Source: Anaerolineae bacterium
GTDB taxonomy: Bacteria > Chloroflexota > Anaerolineae > DUEN01
Assembly: GCA_034433615.1 (NCBI GenBank)
Contig: DAOUAJ010000135.1
Span: 1 to 53,141, forward strand
Reading direction: 5' to 3'
Length of the DNA stretch: 53,141 bases
Below the pieces are notes generated by a model. It was not told the DNA's origin. It did not search any database and saw only the letters and a program-made list of their open reading frames with translations. The translations under genes and the position numbers were made by a program. Positions 9,029 to 17,079 of the stretch are shown here, piece after piece; the first letter of the stretch is position 1, and every line of letters starts with the position of its first letter.

Positions 9029-9070
9029 CTTGTTCGAATCCTGGTTAACACTGGCAGTCAAGACCAAACA

Positions 9071-9373
9071 TTAAAGCTGAAAACGACCGCTGGCTGGTAC
9101 CACCTTTTGCTGATAGCCAGTGACATAAGTCATCAGCTTGGCGTGAAGCTGGCGCCACTCTTCGCTGTTGAGAATACGGCGCATCGTCTCCAGGTCTTCT
9201 GTCACACCGCCTGCCAGGATCTGCGGACCTTCGCCAAAAATAGTGTACCACACTTCGGTCGGCTGCAACCCCAGGCGCATCAGACCGGGGACGAACTCTC
9301 GGACCGCAAACTCGGAGTAGGACTGTTCGCGACCAGCCTTAATGTCCCAGCTCATAAGTAACTTCATCATCAT
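9071..9373 (-). CDS. Small (~100 aa) hypothetical protein
   Basis: Start set at the MMMKLLMSWDIKAG ATG cluster, preceded by AGGAGG. The longer ORF adds an AT-rich hydrophobic leader overlapping the promoter region. No motif recognised. Confidence 0.5.
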   Translation of the reverse strand: MMMKLLMSWDIKAGREQSYSEFAVREFVPGLMRLGLQPTEVWYTIFGEGPQILAGGVTEDLETMRRILNSEEWRQLHAKLMTYVTGYQQKVVPASGRFQL

Positions 9374-9434
9374 AGGCCCTTCAACCTCCTGTAGACCCGG
9401 CATTTCTGATTCGATGGTGCATGATAAGATCAGG

Positions 9435-9463
9435 TTGCGATAGGGAGCCCGAACCGTTACAAT
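9435..9463 (+). promoter_or_regulatory. Sigma70-like promoter (TTGCGA-N17-TACAAT)
   Basis: Hexamers at 9435-9440 and 9458-9463, upstream of the 9540 gene. Confidence 0.45.
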
Positions 9464-9539
9464 CGCTATAGTGTACGAATAGGCAATCCCAATCAACAAG
9501 CAGTTCAACATCACATAGGATACCAGAAGCAACGCTTTT

Positions 9540-11450
9540 ATGCAAATGCTTAGAACCAGCCGTTATCTTCGAAGGTCCTTCTCACTTTTATCATGTTCTA
9601 TTATCCTGTGGGTCAGTTTGTTTTCCATTACCCAGGCCCAATCTTCCCAGGGCGAGGGTGGGTTAACTGTGATTCCGCTCTCCGCGCCGCCGGCCAGGTT
9701 GCGCGCTCAAATCGTTGATGTGACACTGGCCGTCGAGGGGATGGCGATCAACGCTCACGTGGAAACCCTCCTCCAGCTTGATACGACAGGTGATCAGGTG
9801 CAGTCCATTGACCTGCGGGTCGGCGGAATGGCTGCCAGCGCAGTTCATACCGAAACCGTAAAGTTGTCAGTTGATGACAAACCGCTGACGTTACACCCGG
9901 CGGACTCCCCGGCCCTCTTCCAATCCCAGATGGTGTTGTCACCTGGTCGTCCGGTCAAGTTGCGCCTGAGTTATGAGCAGAATCTGGGGAACGGTCCGCT
10001 AATTTCATTTGCCTATGCCCTGTCCGCGGCTGCCTGGCCTACCCAGGATGGCAGCGCGCGCATTCGATTACGCCTGCCCCCTGGCGTCCCGCGGGAGGCA
10101 TGGCTGCTGGCTGAGCCTGTTCCCACTCAGTTCGATGGCGAGGCAGTCACATGGCATTTTGATCGCGCGGTGCCTGACGTCCAGGTGCATATGCAGTTCG
10201 TGCACCCCGCGGTCTGGCAGAAAATCGCGACGCTAATCACGGAGGCAGGGGAGGCCAACGCTGTGCAGACCCAGCTCGCCTCACTTCTGGAGCTAGCAGC
10301 CGTAGATGCCCCCAATGGCCCGGCCTTTCAGCGCTTTTACCCCATCGCTCTGGCACAGATTGCCCGAGCCATTCAGACAATGCCCCATCAGCCGGAACCT
10401 CATCTGGCTCTGGCTCGCCTCTACTTGCTGAATCAGGATACCGGTGGTAACCTCTCTTTAGCCTATGCGACGTTGGTCGCAGCAGAAGCTCAGGCGGCGG
10501 CGCGGGCCGGTGCTCCCGCCGAGGACGTCAACCCGCTGTTCCAGCAGGCGTTCCGTCGCCTGGTGAACCATGCTCGCGACGTGGGCGATTGGCCTGAGGC
10601 TCTCGACTATCTCGATCGGCTGAGGGAAGTGGGGCAGGATGCCACGGCTGTAGAGGAGGAACGCCAGACCCTCCTGCACAACGTAGCCACGTCTTATCTG
10701 CGAGATGGTCATTGGACAGAGGCCGCTCGCATCGTCCGGGATACGTGGGGTATCTCCGAGGTTGACCGTATCCCGTCGCCGCCCTGGCTGGGATCGGTCG
10801 TTGCGCAGGTGGAGACGGAGTCGGACAAGCGTACGATCATCATGCAAATATATCCCGCGCCCGGCCGGGACGAGGAGGCAGCCACGCAGGTACGCCGCGC
10901 GGTGGAATCGCTACGCGCGGTGGGCGAGGCCCAGGCCACCGCTCTTGCTGCTGACGGCCGGATCGAGCTGCAGATCACTCTTCCGCTTCGCGATGCGGCT
11001 CGCTTCTTGACGTTGGGACGGGCGTTAGCGAATGTGCTACCTCCGCAACCAGAGTGGGCGTTCCTGGGTCAACTGTTGCGCCCCGAGACGCTGCGCTGGG
11101 AGCAATCAGGGAACTGGCTACGCCAGCGCGTTGATTACGCGGAGACTGTGGATTTACGGCCACCCGTTGACGTATGGCGATCTCATGCCAGCCAGATCGA
11201 ACAGGAGGCCCAGCAGGTCACGAGCGGGCAACCAGAACCTGTTGCCTCTCTCATGCGAGAGTTAGGTCGAGTTAGCGCAGAGGCATGGCGCGACCTGAGC
11301 CAACGCATGCAAGTCCGCTACGTATTGCACCTTGCGCCAGCCGGCGTGGCCAGAAGTCCCCTTCAGTGGTTGCTGTTGCCGGATGAGCGACGTCAATTGA
11401 CCGTAACGGACGAGGAGATCCTGCCTTGGCTGATGCGTTGGTTCCGATAA
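9540..11450 (+). CDS. Secreted or membrane-anchored 636-aa protein, function unknown
   Basis: N-terminal signal/anchor (FSLLSCSIILWVSLFSITQA) and an Ala/Leu-rich helical central region. It ends in ...EEILPWLMRWFR. Confidence 0.65.
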   Translation: MQMLRTSRYLRRSFSLLSCSIILWVSLFSITQAQSSQGEGGLTVIPLSAPPARLRAQIVDVTLAVEGMAINAHVETLLQLDTTGDQVQSIDLRVGGMAASAVHTETVKLSVDDKPLTLHPADSPALFQSQMVLSPGRPVKLRLSYEQNLGNGPLISFAYALSAAAWPTQDGSARIRLRLPPGVPREAWLLAEPVPTQFDGEAVTWHFDRAVPDVQVHMQFVHPAVWQKIATLITEAGEANAVQTQLASLLELAAVDAPNGPAFQRFYPIALAQIARAIQTMPHQPEPHLALARLYLLNQDTGGNLSLAYATLVAAEAQAAARAGAPAEDVNPLFQQAFRRLVNHARDVGDWPEALDYLDRLREVGQDATAVEEERQTLLHNVATSYLRDGHWTEAARIVRDTWGISEVDRIPSPPWLGSVVAQVETESDKRTIIMQIYPAPGRDEEAATQVRRAVESLRAVGEAQATALAADGRIELQITLPLRDAARFLTLGRALANVLPPQPEWAFLGQLLRPETLRWEQSGNWLRQRVDYAETVDLRPPVDVWRSHASQIEQEAQQVTSGQPEPVASLMRELGRVSAEAWRDLSQRMQVRYVLHLAPAGVARSPLQWLLLPDERRQLTVTDEEILPWLMRWFR

Positions 11451-11549
11451 TGAACATCGTGAATTGCGGAATCTGACTCACGGACGCCGGGCGCATTTCG
11501 CGGTACAATCACGCCGGTAGGTGCGACGGACTTTCGCAAAGGAAGTGCG

Positions 11550-13904
11550 TTGCACTTCGGCTGGGCGGTCACGATTTTGTGCAAGAGGATGACGATGGCG
11601 AAGGAGCTGGTTACAGAGCGACGAGAGCGCGCCTCTACGGAGGAGGCCGCGGCGCCGGCCGAGGAAGTCGGCGGATGGATGACGGCGATTCTCCTGAGCC
11701 TGCTGTTGCTGAATCTGGGATGGTCCATCAGCGCCGCCAATTGGGCAGAGGGGCTGGACGTGCTGGCGTGGATCCTTCTGGGTGGTGTGATCGTCGGCAT
11801 CCTGGCAGCTCGGAGCCGGTTTGATGGCCTGCTCCCGGTGCTACATAGCCTCCTCACAGGCACCGCCTGGATCACCTACTGGGTCAGCACGCTGATCCCC
11901 GGCGATTTCACCGCGCAGCAACGAGTTTACGAATTGTTCTCCCGCTGGTACGTGTGGTTTGAACGCGCCATCAGTGGCAGCACCTCTAACGACAATCTGG
12001 TGTTTATCCTGGAACTGGCCCTCTTGGGTTGGTGGTTAGCTTTTCTGGCCGGCTGGGCTGTGTTCCGCGAACAACGGACGTGGCGGGCGATCGTTCCGGT
12101 AGGCATTGCCATGATCATCAACGCTTACTACGCTATGTCTGGGCTCACCGGTTATCTCCTTCTCTACTTCTTGTGCGCGCTGCTATTGCTGGTGCGGGTC
12201 AACCTCGGCCAGTATGAGGCATGGTGGCGAGCGGCTAATATTCGCTATGCTCCGGACATCCACTTTGACTTCCTGCGCGAAGGGTTCGTCTTCTCCACGC
12301 TCGTTATCGCCATCGCCTGGATATTGCCATCTGTACACGGGGGGCAATGGCTCGAACAACTGATGCGGCCCCTGACGCAGCCGTGGGAAAACGTGCGGGA
12401 GGAATGGCAGCGGCTTTTCACCTCGTTAAACTACCCGGCCGCGCCGGCTGCGGCCAGCTTCAGCAAGACGCTCATCCTCTCCGGCAATCGCAATGTCGGC
12501 GATGCAGTCGTCATGGAGGTTCAGGCCGGGAACGACGCGCGCTGGTATTGGCGTGGCATCGCATACGATACCTACACGGGCCGCGGCTGGGAGAACACCG
12601 ACGAGAATAGCGCGATTTTTACCCCCACACGCTTGCCAGAACTTCCTTCCTACATCATGCGCAAGCCAGTCACGCAAACCATTACAGTCTTCGTGCCGGC
12701 GGGGGATATGCTATTCGCTGCACCCTTGCCAGCCGGGGCGTCTATTCCGGTGCGGGCCGAGGTGAGCCTGCTGCCGCTGGAGTCGCGCGGGCCTGGTATG
12801 CTTCCCCCTGAGGCTGAGGTACAACAAGCCCAGCCGGTAGACATCTCCATGATGATCAGCCGGAAGCCCCTGTACCAGGGAGATAGCTATACCACCCGAT
12901 CCCTCATCACGATGATAGACGTGGACAGTTTGCGCAAGGCTGGCGATTCCTACCCATCGTACATCAAGGCACGTTATCTGCAGTTGCCTGATACGCTGCC
13001 TGAGCGCGTGCGCGAACTGGCGGCCGAGATCACCGCCGGATACGACAATGCGTATGACCAGGCGGTCGCGCTGGAATCTTACCTGCGGAAGATCAAATAC
13101 GATGACCAGATTTCGCCACCGCCGCCCGGCGCAGATGGGGTGGACTATTTTTTGTTTGACGTTCGGGCCGGCTATTGTGACTACTACGCCTCGGCTATGG
13201 CGGTCATGGCGCGGGCTGTAGGCATCCCTGCCCGTGTGGCTTCGGGTTATGCTCAAGGTGAGTGGGTTGAGGAACTTCACGCTTATCGTGTGCGCGAGTT
13301 GGACGCTCACACGTGGGTAGAAATTTACTTCCCCAGGTATGGCTGGGTGGAGTTTGAGCCGACGGCGTCCCAGCCCCTCATCGAGCGGCCACTACTGCCT
13401 CCACCGACGCCAGAGCCGGCACGTTCCCTGCCCGATGACCGGCCTGACCAGGGTTTGCAGGATTACGACCTCGAGCGCTTGCCCGAGGAGGGCACTGGTC
13501 CACTGGGGCTCGCTCCCGCTGGAAGCCGGGCTCGGCTCTGGATAGGCGCCTCTCTGGCCGTGATGGTGCTCTTCATCCTCATCGCAGGTGGCTGGTGGCG
13601 ACAGCGCTCACTCACGCGCGGCCCGCGCTTAAGCGAGCGGCTGTACGACCGTTTGCTACGTTGGTCCGTGCGGTTGGGCATCGGGTTCTCCCCGGCGCGC
13701 ACCCCGTATGAGCAGGCGACGATGATCACGACTGTGGTGCCGGAAGGGCAGCCCCACATCCTGTGCATCGTCGAAGCCTATGTGCGTGATCGGTTCAGCC
13801 TGCGCCCGTTGCAACTGACAGAGCAACGCGCCGTGCTGCAAAGTTGGGGAGAGCTACGGCCCAATTTGTGGAAGCAGTGGTTGCGTCGCCGGTTGAGAAG
13901 ATGA
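11550..13904 (+). CDS. TgpA-like membrane transglutaminase-domain protein
   Basis: About 6 N-terminal TM helices. Transglutaminase core GYCDYYASAMAVMARAVGIPARVASGY...HTWVEIYFPRYGWVEFEPT (Cys-His-Asp), followed by a TM helix and a basic tail. A more likely start is ATG 11589 or 11595 (SD AGAGGA). Confidence 0.8.
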   Translation: MHFGWAVTILCKRMTMAKELVTERRERASTEEAAAPAEEVGGWMTAILLSLLLLNLGWSISAANWAEGLDVLAWILLGGVIVGILAARSRFDGLLPVLHSLLTGTAWITYWVSTLIPGDFTAQQRVYELFSRWYVWFERAISGSTSNDNLVFILELALLGWWLAFLAGWAVFREQRTWRAIVPVGIAMIINAYYAMSGLTGYLLLYFLCALLLLVRVNLGQYEAWWRAANIRYAPDIHFDFLREGFVFSTLVIAIAWILPSVHGGQWLEQLMRPLTQPWENVREEWQRLFTSLNYPAAPAAASFSKTLILSGNRNVGDAVVMEVQAGNDARWYWRGIAYDTYTGRGWENTDENSAIFTPTRLPELPSYIMRKPVTQTITVFVPAGDMLFAAPLPAGASIPVRAEVSLLPLESRGPGMLPPEAEVQQAQPVDISMMISRKPLYQGDSYTTRSLITMIDVDSLRKAGDSYPSYIKARYLQLPDTLPERVRELAAEITAGYDNAYDQAVALESYLRKIKYDDQISPPPPGADGVDYFLFDVRAGYCDYYASAMAVMARAVGIPARVASGYAQGEWVEELHAYRVRELDAHTWVEIYFPRYGWVEFEPTASQPLIERPLLPPPTPEPARSLPDDRPDQGLQDYDLERLPEEGTGPLGLAPAGSRARLWIGASLAVMVLFILIAGGWWRQRSLTRGPRLSERLYDRLLRWSVRLGIGFSPARTPYEQATMITTVVPEGQPHILCIVEAYVRDRFSLRPLQLTEQRAVLQSWGELRPNLWKQWLRRRLRR

Positions 13905-13941
13905 AAAAACCCGAAGGGCCTTGAAAGACCCTTCGGGTTTT
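13905..13941. terminator. Bidirectional intrinsic terminator
   Basis: AAAACCCGAAGGG (13906-13918) pairs with CCCTTCGGGTTTT (13929-13941). The A/T runs form part of the stem. It lies between convergent genes. Confidence 0.65.
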
Positions 13942-14993
13942 CACCGGGCGTGCACCCGCCGACGACGCGGCCGCCGGCGGGGGGCTGGCCGCACGTTCAG
14001 CCAGGCGGCAACCCCCGGCTGCCAGCTCAACCCCAGCAGCGCCGTCATGATGACCGCCGAGGTCAGGCACCATGCACATGAAGCCCCGATCACAAACGGC
14101 TCCAGGAAGGTCAGATAGATGGAGAAGAGGGTGCCCAGCCCGGTGAAGACGAATAGCGTCAGTTGTCCCCAGGCAGCCATTCGGCCTCGTCCCCAACGTC
14201 CCACCGCCCAGGCGGCGAGGATGGCTGCATAGTCCACCATCCCCAAGACGCCAACGGGGATGCCCCAGAGCCGGGCGTAAACGCTTTGCTGTACTGCGTT
14301 ACAATTGCCGACCGGGCCGCACACAGCGGACGACTGGGAGAGTTCCACATAACTGAGGTAAGCAGCCACGGCCAGGCCGGCTACGGAGAGCGCCGGCACC
14401 GCCCACGCGCGCCAGCCGACCCTCGTCGCAAATCGCTGCGGAGCTTGCCGTTCCCGCCACACCTGGACGCCAACTCGCGCCGTGAAGGCGATGATTCCCA
14501 ACAGCACGATGATAGCGAGCGTATTGCCGGCCGGATCCTGAGCCAGGCGTTGGCTGAGGGAGAGGTTAGACCTGGGTGCTGATCCGAGCGGCGGCTTAAA
14601 GCCGGGAATGTCAGGCCAGTCAATCCCACCGGCCGCCAGTCCCTCAGCGATCAGAGCGGGAAAACGCTGGGGGATCTCTTCCGACCCCACCAGCACCTGA
14701 TCTTTGACGATCAGAGCCGGCACACCCCGCCGCTCAGGCGGGATATTGAAACGTAAAATGGCCGCTGTGTACAGTTCTTGCCCCTCAGATTCGAGCACGT
14801 TCACCTCAGCGATCTGTAACTGATCGCCGTATTGCGCCCGCAGTGGTGGCAAGTCCTCTTCCATCACCTTATGACAGTGTGGACAGGTCGGCGAATAAAA
14901 GAGTATGGCCCGCACGACTGGATCAGAGGCGTAGCCTGGCGTCACGGCCCAGAAAACAAGCCATATCGCCAGCACGATGCTGATACGCTTCAT
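13941..14993 (-). CDS. Thioredoxin-like domain fused to vitamin K epoxide reductase (VKOR)
   Basis: Signal peptide, FYSPTCPHCHKV (Trx-like CxxC), then 4-5 TM helices with the loop cysteines CGPVGNC and the active site CAWC. Start set at ATG 14993 (SD GGAGGG). Confidence 0.8.
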   Translation of the reverse strand: MKRISIVLAIWLVFWAVTPGYASDPVVRAILFYSPTCPHCHKVMEEDLPPLRAQYGDQLQIAEVNVLESEGQELYTAAILRFNIPPERRGVPALIVKDQVLVGSEEIPQRFPALIAEGLAAGGIDWPDIPGFKPPLGSAPRSNLSLSQRLAQDPAGNTLAIIVLLGIIAFTARVGVQVWRERQAPQRFATRVGWRAWAVPALSVAGLAVAAYLSYVELSQSSAVCGPVGNCNAVQQSVYARLWGIPVGVLGMVDYAAILAAWAVGRWGRGRMAAWGQLTLFVFTGLGTLFSIYLTFLEPFVIGASCAWCLTSAVIMTALLGLSWQPGVAAWLNVRPAPRRRPRRRRVHAR

Positions 14994-15030
14994 CCGTTCT
15001 CCCTCCTTCGCATTCCCGAACCTGACCACT

Positions 15031-15762
15031 CTACTGTCCCTTCAGCTCGTTCAGTTGTTTTTCTGCTTCCCCCTTCGCTTGTGGGTCCTGCCCCGGCCCA
15101 ATCTTCAGGAAATACTCAAAGTTGGCGATGGCCTCGTCTCGTCGGTTTTCTAGCTTGTTCAGCATGCCCAGCCCAAAATAGACCTCAGGCAGGTTGGGAT
15201 TTAAGCTTTTCGCCTTCTCAAACGACTGTCGTGCAGCCACCATGTCCCCCATTTGTAACTGGGCGGCTCCCATCAGGTAATGAAGGGGGGCATCGTCGGG
15301 GCGGATGGTCAGCCCGGCCTGAAATTGGGCGATGGCGTCGTTCAGGCGCATCATCCGGTAATAAACCACCCCCAGGTTGGCGTGGGCATCTACGTCGTCA
15401 GGGTTCAACTCCAGCACCCGCTGGTAAGCCTGGGTTGCTTTCTCCAGGTCACCATGTTGGGTGTAGGCGTTGCCTAGCAAGAAATGCGCGTCACGGTTGT
15501 CCGGCGCGAGTTGTACGGCCATCTCCAACTGTTCGATGGCGCGAACCAGGTCGCCCGCGTTAAGGGCCTCGTTTCCGGCTGTGATGTGGCTTTGGGGACC
15601 GCCGGCAGGCTTCTGCACAGGTTGGCCCCACCCCCTCTCTGTGATCACAGCTATCGCCAACAGGATGACCATCAACAGTGCTGCCAACGCTAACGGCAGC
15701 CAGCGTGGACGTGCCGACGTGGCGGCCGGCCGGACATCTTGCTCGTCTGCTTTTTCTGACAT
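15031..15762 (-). CDS. Membrane-anchored TPR-repeat protein
   Basis: One TM helix followed by about 5 TPR units (AIEQLEMAVQLAPDN..., ATQAYQRVLELNPDD...). Confidence 0.8.
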   Translation of the reverse strand: MSEKADEQDVRPAATSARPRWLPLALAALLMVILLAIAVITERGWGQPVQKPAGGPQSHITAGNEALNAGDLVRAIEQLEMAVQLAPDNRDAHFLLGNAYTQHGDLEKATQAYQRVLELNPDDVDAHANLGVVYYRMMRLNDAIAQFQAGLTIRPDDAPLHYLMGAAQLQMGDMVAARQSFEKAKSLNPNLPEVYFGLGMLNKLENRRDEAIANFEYFLKIGPGQDPQAKGEAEKQLNELKGQ

Positions 15763-15768
15763 AGGGTT

Positions 15769-16410
15769 TTATCCTTGCTTATAGTCCAAGACCACCAGTT
15801 GCGTCTCTTCAGGGAGCGTGGAGGTGCTGACCTTGAGCACGTCCTGAACCTCTGGGTTGCTGACACCCATGGCCCGGAGGAACCTATCTATACCATCCAG
15901 TTTGTGCACGTAGATGGGCGTCCGGTAATGCATCGGGATGACGATACGTGGCTCAATCTGGCTGATCACCTCGACTGCTTTGCTGGCATCCAGCGTACGA
16001 CCGCCTCCGACGGGAATTAATAACACGCTCACCTCGCCGATCGCAGCCGCCTGCTCCTCCGACAGCAAATGTCCCAGGTCGCCCAGGTGACATACGGTCA
16101 ATCCGTCGAAATCGAACAGAAAGACAGTGTTGCGCTCGTCGGGTCGTCCGCGTTTGTGGGCATGCCAGGTTGGAATACCGGTGATAAAGACTCCCCGCAC
16201 TTCGTATTCACCCGGGCCGGAAAACACCTTCGGCTCCCCTTTTACTATGTCTACCGTGGCATGCCCGGGCACAGGATGGCTGCTGGTCACCACATCAGCG
16301 CGCAGCCGGGGCACCGTATAGCCCAAACCTTTGTCATATGGATCGGTTACGATGGTGGCATTGCCTTCACGCAGGCGGAAGCAGGCATGCCCATACCATG
16401 TGATCTCCAA
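15769..16410 (-). CDS. MBL-fold metallo-hydrolase (UPF0173/COG2220-like)
   Basis: MEITWYGHACFRL...TIVTDPY...CHLGDLGH...IPMHY layout. The metal-binding His motif looks partly degenerate. Confidence 0.75.
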   Translation of the reverse strand: MEITWYGHACFRLREGNATIVTDPYDKGLGYTVPRLRADVVTSSHPVPGHATVDIVKGEPKVFSGPGEYEVRGVFITGIPTWHAHKRGRPDERNTVFLFDFDGLTVCHLGDLGHLLSEEQAAAIGEVSVLLIPVGGGRTLDASKAVEVISQIEPRIVIPMHYRTPIYVHKLDGIDRFLRAMGVSNPEVQDVLKVSTSTLPEETQLVVLDYKQG

Positions 16411-16513
16411 CGCGCCCTCCCTCGCTTCAAATCTGAAAGGTCTTTGCCTGCCTTGAGCCCCTGGCCAGGGGAACCCTTCGAGTTTCGTTCCCTATCTGAC
16501 GAGATTATACCCC

Positions 16514-16550
16514 AAAGAAAAAGGCGGGGCAACCCGCGTGGTTCCCCGCC
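16514..16550 (-). terminator. Intrinsic terminator after the wHTH gene
   Basis: Minus strand reads GGCGGGG-AACCACGCGGGTTG-CCCCGCC followed by TTTTTCTTTGGGG. Confidence 0.6.
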
Positions 16551-16614
16551 TATGGCAACGGATGTGCTTACAGTTGCAGGTGAAGGATGACGAAGGCATA
16601 GAGGGTGCGTCGCG

Positions 16615-16998
16615 CTAGGCTGGAAGGTGCTCTCTAAAACGCTGGGCTGTCTGGCGCAAGCCGGGGTCTTGCGCCAGCACATAAGTGAGGTTGCCGTTCG
16701 CCTCCTCTACTTCCAGAAACCCTAACAGGGCAAGATCGTCCATCTCGGTACGGACGAGTTGGGGAGAACACCTGATCTGTTGCGCGATCTCCTGGACGGT
16801 TAATCGCGCTTCCATGTGTCGAGCAAAATAGGCGACGATGTGCCATCGCATCGAGTTGTTGGCAAAGCATCTGATGAATGTTAGCAGGGCAAGATCCAAA
16901 GCCTCAGGCTTGCTACCCTCGTTAGAGGAAAAACAATCAGCGGACGTCATCAAGGTAGATTCCAGCATGGTTAGGGCTCTCCTGAGAGATTTTGGCAC
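16615..16998 (-). CDS. Winged-helix (ArsR/MarR-like) DNA-binding protein
   Basis: LTVQEIAQQIRCSPQLVRTEMDDLALLGFLEVEE resembles an HTH plus wing. It is co-oriented with the 799-aa gene and 81 nt downstream of it. Confidence 0.55.
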   Translation of the reverse strand: MPKSLRRALTMLESTLMTSADCFSSNEGSKPEALDLALLTFIRCFANNSMRWHIVAYFARHMEARLTVQEIAQQIRCSPQLVRTEMDDLALLGFLEVEEANGNLTYVLAQDPGLRQTAQRFREHLPA

Positions 16999-17079
16999 AA
17001 AGTGGTGGGTAGCCTTTCATGCTAGTGATAGTCTAGTGATAAAGACATCGTGTGACAATAGTACCGGCAGTCACGACGG

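Noticed and set aside
9026-9046. GTTCGAATCC T-loop-like string suggesting a tRNA.
   Set aside because: The flanking bases do not form a T-stem, and no acceptor, D or anticodon arms can be drawn. It is simply the tail of the terminator region.
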